A DNA stretch of 64,000 nt from Zygnema circumcarinatum SAG 698-1b (lineage: Eukaryota; Plantae; Zygnematophyceae). Under the pieces are notes generated by a model. That model saw nothing but the letters and a program-made list of their open reading frames with translations. It was not told the DNA's origin and made no database searches. The position numbers and the translations under genes are program-made. Below, in pieces: positions 1-12,405 of this stretch (its first letter is position 1; each line of letters begins with the position of its first letter). The DNA lies in NCBI GenBank assembly GCA_037447605.1, contig CM074809.1, forward strand, positions 3,524,689 through 3,588,688, given 5' to 3'.

Positions 1-430
1 CTTTGCAACGTTGACCCGTTGACTTAGCACAGTTGACTTCCGTTCGGTTTGGTTTACGTTCGGGGGCGCGATGATTTTTAGTACTTAGTAACCTCGATTC
101 TCGTAATACTAAAAACTCGATATTCGTAACATTTTGTTAAGTCTGACACCCCCTATTAGGGGGAGTCAGACCTTGACCATCGCCAAACCAATTAAAAGAT
201 TCCCTCTGCGAAAAGGTATTGATTTCGATTGCAGAATAAGGGTCGGAAACCGCAGCTCCCTCCGAACCTGTCTGTCCCGTCCGTACTTCAAAATAGGTTG
301 CAAAAATGAGATACAGGCTCGGCGCGCGAGCCTGTCGAACGTCCACTTTTGGCGAAAAAGGCCTGCCGTACAACGCGGAATTGGCCCGAAGGGCTCGCGG
401 AAGTGGTTTGGCGATGGTCAAGGGAGAATA

Positions 431-604
431 GGGGGAGTCAGACTTAGACCAGCGCCAAATCAATTCAGAAAACCCCGACCCTAATTCCGCGTTGTACGGC
501 AGCCCAATTCCGCGAAAAGTGGACGTTCGACAGGCTCGGGCGTCACGAATTCCAGAGAGCAATTATTTTGCCTCCGTATCTCCGGGCCAGGTTTGACTCC
601 CCCC
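431..604. mobile_element. Short MITE-like unit of the same TIR family nested in the left arm
   Basis: It starts GGGGGAGTCAGACTT (431) and ends GGTTTGACTCCCCCC (~590-604). Its interior (482-537) is an inverted copy of 330-385. Confidence 0.5.
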
Positions 605-1099
605 TTTTTGCCCCCCCGCGCTCCCTCCGCCGCCTGCCGCCTGCCGCCCTCCATTTTGTCGCTACGCGCGTCACCACCGCGCGAGCGGCGTCCCGCCGCG
701 GTGCCTCGCGCCCGCCGCTTGCCCGCATGCTCGCTCGCTGCGAGCTCATATCAGCTCGGGTTTAGGGTTGAGGGCTCCTCCCTCGCCATGGCCGAGCTAT
801 CCTTGCAGCGGAACGAGCAGAGCGTCCTCTCGCCTCACCCCAGTGAACGGTGATCGGTGTGCCGTCGACCACGGCAAGAGCGCGATCGGTTTATGGGGAC
901 GACGGCGGACTTGAGCAGCGGTGAGTCCTTGCCCTTGCCCCTGCCTCCCTTACCCTTGCCCCTGCCTCCCGTGCCCTTGCACCTGCTTCCCTTGCCCTTG
1001 CCTCTGCACCTGCCTTCCCTGCCCTTCCCCCTGCCTCCCTTTCCCTTGCCCCTGCCTCCTATGCTCTTGCACCTGCCCCTGCCTCCCTCGCCTTTGCTC

Positions 1100-1870
1100 A
1101 TGCATCCTTTGTCTCCCTTGGTGCTCTTTTTGCTACTGCTGCTGTTGCTGCTTTTTATGCTGTTGTTGTTGATGTTGCTCCTGCTTCTTATGCTGGTGCT
1201 GTTTTTGCTCTTGCTTGTTTTGCTGCTGCTGCTGCCTCTTCTTCCTCTTCATCTGCTGTTTCTGCTGTTGTTGTTGTGCTGCTGCCGCTGCTATTGCTGT
1301 TGATACTGTTTCTGCTGCTACATCTCCTGCTGCTGTAGTTGATGTTGCTGTTGCTGTTGCTTTTTTTGCTCTTGGTTTTTTTGCTGCTGCTGCTGCTTCT
1401 TCTTCTTCATCTGCTGTTTCTGCTGTTGTTGTTGTTGTGCTGCTGCCGCTGCTACTGCTGTTGCTGCTGTTTCTGCTACTACTGCTGCAGCTCTAGTCGC
1501 TTCTTATCCTGCTGCTACTGCTACAGCTCCTGCTGCTACTGTTGCTACTGTTGCTGCTGTTGTTGCTATTGCTGCTGTTACTGTTGTTGTTGCTGTTGCT
1601 GCTGCTGCTGCTGTTGCTGCGGTTGCTGCTGTTGCTGCTGCTGGTGTTGCTGTTGTTGCTACTGTTGTTCCCGTTGCTGCTCCTGTTGCTGATCCTGCTG
1701 CTGCTTCTTTTTTTGTTGCTATTGCTATTTGTTGTTACTCTTGCTGCTGCTGCTGCTATTGCTTCTTTTTCTACTGCTGCTGCTGTTGCTGCTGTTTATG
1801 CTACTGCTATTGTTGATGCTGCTGCTGCTGCTTTTTTTGGTGTTGCTTTTTCTGCTTTTGCTTTTATGTT
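1100..1870 (+). repeat. Degenerate (CTG/TTG)n trinucleotide tract, left arm
   Basis: Visible ctg/ttg repeats; the source of the spurious poly-L, poly-C and poly-A ORFs. Confidence 0.9.
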
Positions 1871-2384
1871 GTTACTGCTGCAGCAATTTTTATTATTTTT
1901 TGGATGCTGCATTTGGTATTCTGCATTCTGCATTCCTCATTTCGCATTCCGCATTCCGCATTTTGCCTCCCTTGCCCATGCCCTAGCCTCCTTTGCCTTT
2001 GCCCCTTGCTGTGTTGCCCTTGCCTCTGTCTTCCCTTCCTTTTGCTTGTGCCTCCCGTTCCTTCGCTTATGCCATTGCTACGTATATGAGTGTGTGTTAT
2101 TCCTCCCCCTCCCCATTAAGTCAAAGTGGCGGATTGGTTACGCAACTGTTGCAAAACAGTAATAAAGGGGTTCAAATCCCCTCTTTGACTTGTAGTGTTT
2201 ATTCATTCTTCTATTTTTATTTATTTAAAGTTTTTGTGTTTTTGCCTCATATACCAAACATATGTTGTTATTTTTTCTAGTTGTTTTTATTCTATCTATT
2301 CATTCTTTATTCTATATATTATTCTATCTACTTCTGCTGTTGCTATTGCTGTTGCAGCATGCTTTTTTTTTTGCTGCTACATTT

Positions 2385-2475
2385 TGCATTCCGCATTCCC
2401 TATTCGGCATTCCGCATTCCGCATTCCGCATTCCGCATTCCGCATTCCGCATTCCGCATTCCGCATTCCGCATTC
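2385..2475 (+). repeat. (GCATTCC)n heptamer tandem array
   Basis: About a dozen cattccg copies. Shorter copies lie near 1920-1960 and inverted (cggaatg) copies near 4135-4190. Confidence 0.9.
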
Positions 2476-4189
2476 TGCCTCCCTTGCCTCAGTCTACCGC
2501 CTCCAGTTCCTTTGCCTATGCTTGTGTTGTGTATGAGTGTATGTTATTCCTCCCCTTCCAATTAAGTCGAAGTGGTGGATTGGTTACGCAACTATTGCAA
2601 AACAGTAATAAAAGGGTTCAAATTCCCTCTTCGACTTGTAGTGTTTATTCTATTTTTATTCATTTATAGTTTTTGTGTTTTTGCTTCATATGTCAAATAT
2701 TTGTTGTTATTTTTTTGTTGTCTTTTTTGCTTTTTACCTTTATTTGTTTCAATTGATGAGATTGTATAAATGTTTCTGAATCTTCCTTGTAGCATACACA
2801 ACTACTCTTTCTTTGTTCTTATAAAAACACATTCACGCAAATAATTCATACACATATATACATACACACAAATATATATAAAAATACTTTTTGTATACAA
2901 AATAAAAACCATGTCTCATTATAAAAACTTGTGCCATTCATTCTCAATTTAGTAAGTACTGGCGTCACTAAAACACCCCCCCCCCTGGCCTCCTTCCCTC
3001 CCTCTCTTTGTGCACACACTTTTTTGAGTTCTCCTATACTCTACTTTAAGCGATTCTAAATGCAAATAATATCATGTTTTAACATTAATAGATTTTTTAC
3101 GCTGCTCCAATAATGTGTAATCTTTTTTCTTCTTGAGAATCTTATATTTGTTATTTTTGTTCTTCTTCTTCATCTTGGATTCGCCTTGCCTCAGTAAACT
3201 CTCATTGTTGTTTCTCCCACTCCAGTCTTTGTCGTTGCATCTTCACTTGAGATTCCACACAAGCCATTACTTTGTGTTTCATTTGTACATTCATGGGAGA
3301 AGCGTATTCAATGTTCTAAATTGCGCTACAACAACAACCCAATTCAAAGTTTTGAAGAAGATGATAAAAAGCAATAAAAACAACTAAAAAAAATACCAAC
3401 AAATGTTTGGCATATAAAGCAAAAATAAAAAAACTTTAAATAAATAAAAATAGAAGAATATAAAAAACACTACAAGGAAGTGGGGATTTGAACCCCTTTA
3501 TTATTGTTGCAATGTTTTGCAACGGTTGCGTAACCAATTCGCCACTTTGACTTGGGGAGAGGGAGGAATGACATACAATCATACACACAACAGTAGCATA
3601 AGCAAAGGAATGAGGGGCACAAGCAAAGGCAAGGAAGACAAAGGCAAGGGCAACACAAAGGCAAAGGAGGCTGGGGCAGGTGCAAGGGAGGCAAAATGCG
3701 TATTGCAAAATGCAGCATCAAAAACAAAAAAAAATGAATGCTGCAACAGCAGCGAGAGCAACAGCCGCAGCAGATAGGATTAAACATAGAATAAAGAATA
3801 GATAGATAAAATAAAAACAACTAAAAAAAAATAACAACAAATATTTGGCATATGAAGCAAAAACACAAAAAGTTTAAATAAATAAAAATAGAAAAGTGAA
3901 TAAACACTACAAGTTGAAGAGAGGATTTGAACCCCTTTATTACTGTTTTGCAACAGTTGCGTAACCAATTCGCCACTTCAACTTAATAGGGAGAGGGAGG
4001 AATGACATACAATCATACACACAACAGAAGCATAAGCAAAGGAACGAGGGGCACAAGGCAAGGAAGACAGAGGCAAGGGCAACACAACAAGGGGCAAAGG
4101 CAAGGGAGACTGGAGCAGGTGCAAGGGAGGCAGAATGCGGAATGCGGAATGCCGAATGCGGAATGGGGAATGCGAAATTCAGAATGCGA

Positions 4190-4930
4190 AATGCAGCAGC
4201 CAAAAAAAAAATGAATGTTGCTGTGCAGCAAAAAAAAATAATGAATGCTGTAGCAGCAGCAGCAAGAGCAGCAACCGCAACAGCCTTAGCAGCAGGAGGA
4301 GGAGCAGGAGTAGGAGTAGGAGCAGCAGCACAGCAACAGCAGCAGCAGCAGAAAAAGAAGCAGAAGCAATAGGAGCAACAACAGTAGAAAAAGCAGCAGC
4401 AAAAAAAACAGAAGCAATAAGAGCAACAGCAGAAGCAATAAGAGCAACAGCAGAAGCAGAAGCAGCAGCACAGCAACAGCAGCAGCAGCAGAAAAAGAAG
4501 CAGAAGGAATAGGAGCAACAACAGTAGAAAAAGCAGCAGCAAAAAAAAACAGAAGCAATTAGAGCAACAGCAGAAGCAATAAGAGCAACAGCAGAAGCAG
4601 AAGCAGAAGCAGCAGCAGCAGCAGCAGCACCAACAGCAACAACAACAGTAATAGTAGCAGCACCACCACCACCAACAGCAACAACAACAGCAGTAGTAAC
4701 AGCAGCAGCAGAAAAAGAAGCAGCAGCAGTAGCAACAGCAGAAGCAGCAGCGGTAACAACAGCAGAAGCAGAAGCAGCAGCAGCAGCAATAGCAGCAGCA
4801 GTAGCAGCAGCAGCAGCAGGAGGAACAACAGCAGCACGAGCAACAGCAGCACAGCAATAGCAACAGCAGCAGAAAAAGAAGCAGCAAAAAAAAAACCAGC
4901 AGCAGCAGCAGCAGAAAGAGCAGCAAGGGA
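4190..4930 (+). repeat. Degenerate (CAG/CAA)n trinucleotide tract, right arm
   Basis: Reverse-complement counterpart of the CTG tract in the left arm. Confidence 0.9.
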
Positions 4931-5635
4931 GACAAGGAAGGCATGGGCCAGGGCGAGGGAGGCAGGGGCAGGTGCAAGGGCAAGGACTCACCGCTGCTCA
5001 ACTCCGCGGTCGTCACTTCGCGTCCTCGCTGACCACTCTCCCGTGGTGCTTATGAGGTCCGTGAGGACGTGCTTCCCGCAAGGTGGTTGTTGTTGGTGGG
5101 GAAAAGAGAAACCCTATAGTTGTGCCAGCCCTGAAACGCCGCTCTGCGCGGCGGCGGGTCGCGGCGTCCGGGCGGCGGCGGTGAGGCGCTCGCGCGTGCG
5201 TGACGCGCATGGCGACAAGGCGGGGCACGATTCCTGATCGGCGGAAAGCAACGGGGGCCTCTGGAGGCCCCCCGTTTCGGAGCGCGGACTTCTGAAATTT
5301 GGGGGTATTTTTGTAACCTATTCCGCCGTACGGACGTGACAGACAGGTTCGGAGGGAGCCGTGGTTTCCGAACCGAATTTGGAAATCGAAATCAATACCT
5401 TTCCGCGGTCGAAATCTTGCAATTCCGCGGGCGATGGTCAATGTCTGACTCCCCCTATCGAACCTCAAAGTGTATAGAACAGACCTATAGTCAGATGCCG
5501 AAAAATTACTGAGATCCCCCCCCCCCCCCTGTATTCAAATAGAGTACTTTTCCAAAAAAACGTTCACTATGTACCACCGACGAAGCACCTCCGATTATTC
5601 CTTTTTTGAGGGCTAACCGTACTGACTTTTACACA

Positions 5636-5790
5636 AAAATCCAAACGACTGGCCGCCCGGGCCACACAAGTCCAAACAACTGGCCGCCGATGGCCACAAA
5701 AATCCAAACGACTGGCCGGCTACGGCCACAAAAATCCAAACGATTGATGGAGGGCTAGCCAAGGTGGCCGTGGCCAATCGTTTGGATTAT
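5636..5790. repeat. Four ~32 bp tandem repeats plus one inverted partial copy
   Basis: The CCAAAC(G/A)A core starts at 5641, 5672, 5704 and 5736. An inverted GTGGCCAATCGTTTGGATT lies at ~5770-5788. Confidence 0.8.
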
Positions 5791-5946
5791 TTAGGATAAG
5801 GCCAGCGCGCGTGCGATCGCACCAGCCCGCCCCACCAGCTCGGCCATAAAGCCCTCCCCATCCTCACACTTTTCACAGAGCACCGGACGGTCTCTTGGCC
5901 AGTCCTCCATCCCTACCTCTGCCGCCCGCCTGCCCTCGCTCTAGCC

Positions 5947-6058
5947 ATGGCCATGGCGCCCTCCTCCCGCGCCGCCACGTGGCGTGCCCTTCTCGTCCTG
6001 CTGCTGCGCGTGCTCGCCGCGGCGCCCTCCGCCGCCGAACCCATCGTTGCGTGGCAGC
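5947..6058 (+). CDS. Probable first exon (signal peptide) of a secreted or membrane protein, cut by the scaffold gap
   Basis: gccATG context. It encodes MAMAPSSRAATWRALLVLLLRVLAAAPSAAEPIVAWQ, followed by donor c|GTAAGG at 6059, and the gap begins 64 nt later. Confidence 0.5.
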
Positions 6059-6122
6059 GTAAGGAGCGGCCCCCCTGCCACGTGGGCATGGCTGAAGCCC
6101 GTCGGCAGGGAAGGAATGGCTG

Positions 6123-6222
6123 NNNNNNNNNNNNNNNNNNNNNNNNNNNNNNNNNNNNNNNNNNNNNNNNNNNNNNNNNNNNNNNNNNNNNNNNNNNNNN
6201 NNNNNNNNNNNNNNNNNNNNNN
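6123..6222. other. Scaffold gap (100 N, true size unknown)
   Basis: Run of exactly 100 N. Confidence 1.
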
Positions 6223-7411
6223 TCGTGGCTTACTTCGGTTCAGTTACGTATTGCTCTGAATTTGAAAAAAGCACGTTCAGTCCTGTTCTATGCATTCCTC
6301 CAATCTTTCCTTAACCATCTCAAGACTACAACACCTCAGACTTTATGCAAGCCGTGCGCAGTGGGTTAAATTTCTCGTCATGAAGGTCAGGATAACTTAG
6401 AGCCTTGAAAATCGCATATTTCTTGTCAAAAGAAGGAGAATCCACGAAAGGATGCATGGTAGGATTTTTAGTGGTCTAGTAGAAATACCGGCTGAAACAG
6501 TAGCATAAGTACAATAGGAGTATAATATGTAGGGAAAGCATGGTAGCAAAAGAACAAGAGGAGCATAATAAGTAGGGCGAGAAGGACCTCTGTGAATGCG
6601 GGGAGAGTGTCTAGGACAACATCGAACCACGGCCAACCTTGCGCTCCAATCTTGAAGGCTACGCGCTAAAAGCAGCATCAAATCCTCAGATACTTCGCCG
6701 CCACACACTGAGTTCACAAGCAATGCCTCCGCCCACAAGCATATGTCACTAAGACTTGAAAACGAAAGCACGAACAACATCGGTCTCCAGCTGAGCTAGT
6801 CCTTCAAAAAAACTCAGTAAAGTGCGATAACTGCTTCCCAATCTGAGCGAGATACAGGTCCAACAAGTATAGCTAAAACCAAACTCTCTACAAGGAAAAG
6901 GCAAGGATCACTTCACTCAGTAATTAGATCCTCTTGCCGTCTCTGTTTATGTTGCTACTCTCTACGTTATTTGGACAGGCCATTTAGTTGATATGCTGCA
7001 GAAAGTACCGTAACTAGACTAATATTTGAAGCCCTTCGTGGGGCTTTCGCATTCCAGGATTGTTGGCGTTAGAAGCTACTCACAAGTGAGTGTGAGGCAG
7101 TCAAGTGCAGGGCTGCACTGAAGGGCCTGCATAAGCACTTGGCCTACTTGAAGGCTGTCGGCTCTACCTGGCCCCGCCGACAGTCATCTCAACACGTCTT
7201 GCCAGAGTATTCAAAACCGCAGACAATACGAACCCTGCTAATTTGCTGCACCGAAGCATCTTTCCGTCCATTATAACCTTCAGCACAGCACCTTATTCCA
7301 GATCGAACTCCTCCTGCTTTTCGTACCATGTGAGGGTGAGTGAGCACGAACGGAGGGAAGGAGAGGGGGGGGGGAGGAAGAGCGAGGGAGAAGAGAGAGA
7401 GAACTTCTTAC

Positions 7412-7498
7412 CTTCAACTTTGAGAGACGTTAAGATGCGGTTGGTCCTCAGTGCCTCCACAAAAGCTAAGGCACCAGGCACTCCGATATTGTTACAGT
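7412..7498 (-). CDS. Isolated exon encoding one ribonuclease-inhibitor-type leucine-rich repeat
   Basis: An 87 nt exon with TTGCAG acceptor and G|GTAAG donor, phase 1 to phase 1, encoding CNNIGVPGALAFVEALRTNRILTSLKVE. This fits the NxIGxxGAxAxxxALxxNxxLxxL repeat pattern. No partner exons were confidently found. Confidence 0.5.
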
Positions 7499-8173
7499 CT
7501 GCAACAGACTCGGCAGGAAGGCATCAAAACACCAACCTTAAATTCCTATCAACAATTTAGCCATAGGCCCCTCACACAGATATGTTCCAAATCCTCCTAA
7601 CTGCATGGCCAGCAGAAGTTACGGATGAGAAGGAAAACTTGAAAGGAGGGGGAAAGAAATGCTAAAAAAACACAAAATTAGAGAATATGAAAAAAAAAAA
7701 AAGGGAGAAAAAAAAAAAAACTCTTCTGTTGACTCATCGTTACAATAACCATGACCAACAGTCGGCGAGTGACAACCGTTGCAGCTCAATCAGCCCACTC
7801 AATTAGAGGTATTTTTATGCTTGGGCAATTTCTACTTTTTCCGTCGTTCTCCTTTCTCTCCTCCCCTTTGATTTTCCCTCCTTGGAAGACACACAAATGT
7901 AGTATGAGTTCAATAGGTTACTCTTAGTTTCTCTTTGTTGTGATCACGTTGATCTTTGTTGGGAAGGACTGTCTGAACCTACCACTTTTAAGTCCGTTCT
8001 GTGTTTTTCTATTGCATCTACCCCGTTCATATTCTTACCATTTTACGTGGCAACTACAGCAGCTGGAGCATTTGAACTGAATTGCCTAAGTGTGGATGGA
8101 GTATTTCTGCTGTTCTTTGTCCACAGCTATCTATCTGAGACTTTCTTGTCGTGCACTTTCGTTTGTCTTTCAG

Positions 8174-11100
8174 GCACAAGGTGGCGGATTGAGAGAGCCC
8201 CTGAGCCGCGAGATGTGATATGGCGTAACGTGGAACTGCGATTCTGGGAGAGGACGTTACGCTCACATTTAGGACTTGCACTTACGGTGTTGCTGATCAT
8301 ATTTTTTTATATTCCTGTGACTGCTATCGCTGGCCTGACATCTTTGAATAAACTGGTGGAGTGGTTCCCAGGCATCCGACATCTGGTGGCGAAGTATTAT
8401 ACTCCCTTTTTTCCTCCTCTTTGTTGTTAGAGAAGTTGCTTGACACTGAGACATGCGTTTTGGAGGGATCGACAAGTGAATTCCATCGTTCCATTCCATG
8501 CAGCTGCTTATGTTTGTCCTCTCTGGGTGGATGGTTGAGTTGGCAGTGTATGGTTTCGTGGTATGGTCTCCTCCTTTCTGGCGGGGTTGGGACTTCGTAT
8601 CATGCTCTGGGTAATACAACCTGTTTTGATTTTACTCGGCCGACTTGAGGGCTATCCAAGCGTGAGCGAGTCAGAGCGAGTGGCAGTGGGCAAGCACTTT
8701 TATGTGCTGCTTTTCAATGTGTTTTTAGGATACACCTTCACAGACACGCTTCTTTCCCAGCTGGAGGTGAGCTAGCTGTTTACTATTATGATAAGCGAGT
8801 TGCAGTTAGAAAGGGAATTGTTGATAGCTTATGATGTGGAGGAGGTTCAATGAAGATTTACACGAGTTGTGAATGAGCTTGTGGAATTCAGTTAGAGGAA
8901 GAGCAGCCGCCAAATTTCAAGTGTGTCCTTTTGTCGACGAGACCCTTATGGGTCGTCAAATGCTGACTTGGACGCAACTCCATTTGCTTTCATTTTTAAC
9001 TCCAAATGTCTTCCTTGAAATGTTGATCCGCACCTGCTCCAGTTCACTTATTCGGAGGTTGGCTTCTGAATGCTCAATGGTTTTGTGCAAAGTCAGGCAA
9101 TCATTGATCATCCTTCAGATATTGTCACGATTTTGGCCACATCTCTCCCCCAAACATCCGCATTCTTCATCACATATGTTGTCATCAGCGGAGTGTTATT
9201 CTTTCTCGAGCTACTGAGGTTTCCTATTCCCTTCATTCGCTATCTCTTTCTTCGGAACTTCGTGGGGAAGGACATTTGCGACAGAGAGAAAAGCTGGGAC
9301 CTGGTAGTGCCCTGAAACCACTCTCTACTGAATGAAACATTCTTGCATTTTGCGTTGTTTCTACGTGAATGGATGTTTGCTATCCTCACTTGTGACGATA
9401 TACCTCTTAAAACTCTGCAGATTGAAGAGAGTACCTTCTGCACTCAGATCCTAAGTGTTCTCTTAAGAGTTCAATCCACACACATGTTGTTTAATGCCTG
9501 GTCGTCAGAAAGAGGCTGAGATGGGATGATAAGTCTGCTAAAGGCTGCGTCGGACGACGTGTGTGCAGGGGCGCATCACTTACTACGTCTTTGTGCCGTA
9601 TCAGAACTTGATCATTACTTTTGGATTAGTTTATGCCGTTCTGTCGCCATTGATATTGCCATTTGTTCTCTTATACTCCATCATCGGCTACATAGTCTGG
9701 AAGCATCAGGTGAGTGTTGCAAGGGCTTGCATGTCAGAGCAACTCTCTATCATGTTCTGCCAGTGTGTCCTTCCTTCCTTTCAGGAAAGTTGTAGCATAC
9801 TTACAGCTTCATTTTGGAGTTCTCTGTTCCATAGATGAGGCATGAGTGAGCAAATCTAGATGTTGGTGATGGTGCATGTAGTCGATAGAAACCCCAAAGT
9901 ATTGACTTAATTGACATGTTGAAACCATGCAGATCATGTATGTGTACAGTCAGCCATACCAGACAGGGGGCCTCATGTGGCCAAGTTTTGTGAACCATGT
10001 CTTTGTGGCATTGGTGATTGCTCAGCTCACAGCTATTGGAGCATTCGCTCTGAAGCAAGGGTACTACCAGGCAGGTTGGAGTGTGCCGCTGCCAATCTTG
10101 ACCATCTATACATGGCTCATGTTGAACTCTCAATACAGCTCCACTTTTAGGTGGGTCCGTACAGTTCCTGTACTTCCTGACTTCGGAGAAACTACCATTG
10201 AGCCTCTTTCTTTTTATGCGGCATTGAGGGCAACGGAGGGCTCCCAGGAGTGCCAAATAAGGTTTAGTTTTGCCGGTTGCCTTTCTGAGGATGGCTAAGG
10301 GCGCTTGTATCGCCGATATCTAAGTCCCTGAATCTCTGACATAGAAAAAGGAGGTAATCTTAGAATGAGTGGAATCAACCTCTGGCAATCTGCTATCTCC
10401 CGGCCCTCCTTCTGATAAACGACTTCAGATACTGCAGATATGAGTCGTCAAATCGACTCAAATCGACAGTTGTAAATCGTTCTCTTGTGTGCTGTACTTT
10501 CCATAAACTTGGGTCAGACATAGCAGAACCACAAATCTCACCTTCTATGCGGCTCTATTTGCAGGGTGCTCCCACTCGAGCTTGCCTGTGAAGTGGATGA
10601 ACTGAACGCGAGAGAAGGACTTGTGCCTATTGCGAGAGACTTTGCTGGACAGTACATTCCGGAGTGTCTGCAGAATCATGAGAATCCGCCACTGAGCAAA
10701 AGCACTGTGGATACGGAAGACCCCTTAGCTGCTGAATCGGCGGCAGAAGAGATTCAGGGCTTCAAAACGACAAGGGAGGAAGAATCTGATGACAGCCATA
10801 ATAAGCGTTGTTGCCTTGGACTTTGTCTGGTGTGCTTGAAACGGCCTGCTGTGAAGTCTGAGGGGGAAGCAAGTGGGAGGGCGGTGGATGGGCTGCATTT
10901 GAAGGAAATAGAGGGACGAGTGCATGAGGAAGTGGAATCAGCAAGCAGGAGACATGTGAATGGGGAAGCTAGTGGTCGTGATGTCATAGGCTCGAGTGCA
11001 GGTAGCCTCGAGAATGATGATGGGCAAGATATTTCTTCAGCCGATACATTGCCGGTACTGAGGAACATGCATTTGGGATCTGTGCTTGATCAAGTACGTC

Positions 11101-11237
11101 CTGATGGGCAGCAAGAAGGGGAGCGTGGAGGGGAGTCTAGTCGTTTAGGAGAGAGAGTAAGGACAAGTGAACTGCCAGGAGGGTTAGGCTTCGGGTTAGA
11201 GTCTAGCAATGGACCAGGCTCGCCAGAAACGCGGTGA
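8174..11237 (+). CDS. OSCA: OSCA/CSC1/ERD4 (TMEM63) family mechanosensitive Ca-permeable channel, C-terminal half only
   Basis: Exons 8174-8393, 8547-8766, 9097-9303, 9569-9709, 9933-10150 and 10565-11237, with GT-AG sites and consistent phases. Motifs: WRIERAPEPRDVIWRNV, LEGYPSVSESE, FNVFLG, LATSLPQTSAFFITYV, FGLVYAVLSPLILPF, VYSQPYQTGGLMWP. Confidence 0.88.
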
Positions 11238-12405
11238 TGCCGGGTTTAGATTTGCCAGACTCATGTCGGGGGCGAGTGCATCACAGAACTTTAGGGTTTC
11301 TACTGATGCCTTTCCTTTTGTGTGAGTCGGGGTCCACCCTTAGTCGCTAGTAGCCATGTATAGTCAGATATGGCCACGCCGCTGAAAATAAAGTACTTAG
11401 GCGGCTAACCAATAAGGAGTGCTCTACGCTCACTAGGAGTGAATTATGTTTTCAAGCAGTAGCTACCGTAAGTGTATACCATGTATAATTTGACGTAGGA
11501 ATCTGCAATGGGAGAAATCCGAGTCTCCCTTTGTGAGGAGATATGCGTAGAATGATGAAAGGGCTTCACTGGATCCCCAACTTGGAGACATACCTGCATC
11601 TGGGTACTCATCTTGCCTTCTCTCTCGATGAGCCCCACCAAGTCCTTACAGCTTATGGTGGTGCAGTGCAAGGTAAGAGTCTACCGCCCGCACACTACCG
11701 TACCTGCTTCTTTACTGCGTCTTTATATTGTGTCCTCATTGATGCCCGGATGTTCGATCGACGATGTCGCATGGATGGCCATGATGCGTCTCCATTCTCC
11801 AACCTCCATGAGTCCAGGCCCCATAGCCTGTAGGCAACAATGCCCACATGAGTCTGTGCCTTTTTCTAAAACTCGAAAAGCTTATGCTTGTGTTTAGCTT
11901 ATGTTGATCTCACGATGGCGCCACATCCTGTTGGCTTTATATAAGCTTACGTATGTAGCTTATGCCACATCTTTTCCCTTAATGTAAAATTTGTTTACCA
12001 GATTGAGCGTGTTTTAGAAATTACTTTAGCTCCCAAGCCCCCAGATGCGCAGCTGGACTGACGACTTCTCCCGCGTGCATCGTGCGGTCCACCGCGTTTC
12101 CCACCCAGCATCCAACGGCCCAGCGCGCCTGCATCCGCATCTCGCATCCATCCAACGGCTCAGCGTCCCCCCTCAGCGGCTCCTTAACATCCGCAGCTCG
12201 TGGTTTTGGCGCTCCGCAGCGCCATACCGTATGATACAGTAAATATCATGTTAGTATCGTATATTGTAATATCGTAGTTGTTGTTGTATCGTATCGCAAT
12301 ATTGTAATATTGTATCGTATTGTGTCGCCAACAGGACAATAGGACCTCCTCCCTTTCCCTCCGACACTTTCTCTCTCTCTCGCTCTTTCTCTCTCTCGGG
12401 CAGCC

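Larger units (their letters stand above)
159..5455. mobile_element. Non-autonomous foldback-like DNA transposon with ~150 bp TIRs and kb-scale inverted internal arms
   Basis: The left end GGGGGAGTCAGACCTTGACCATCGCC (159-184) is the reverse complement of GCGATGGTCAATGTCTGACTCCCCC (5431-5455). Similarity continues ~150 bp inward (AAAGGTATTGATTTCGAT, GCTCCCTCCGAACCTGTCTGTC). Both ends are flanked by TA. Internal inverted matches include ~895-940 vs ~4970-5015, CTG-rich vs CAG-rich blocks, and AT-rich modules at ~2000-2720 vs ~3380-4130. No intact transposase is visible. Confidence 0.8.

Noticed and set aside
835-5016. Many poly-Leu, poly-Cys, poly-Ala and poly-Gln ORFs
   Set aside because: They are translations of CTG/CAG and CCCTTG tracts in the foldback arms, open in several frames on both strands with no domain content.
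11590-11830. Fragment TTISCKDLVGLIEREGKMS resembling the TAF4 C-terminal motif, with nearby splice-donor-like sites
   Set aside because: The match is too short, donor-like sites occur on both strands, and no consistent multi-exon model could be built.
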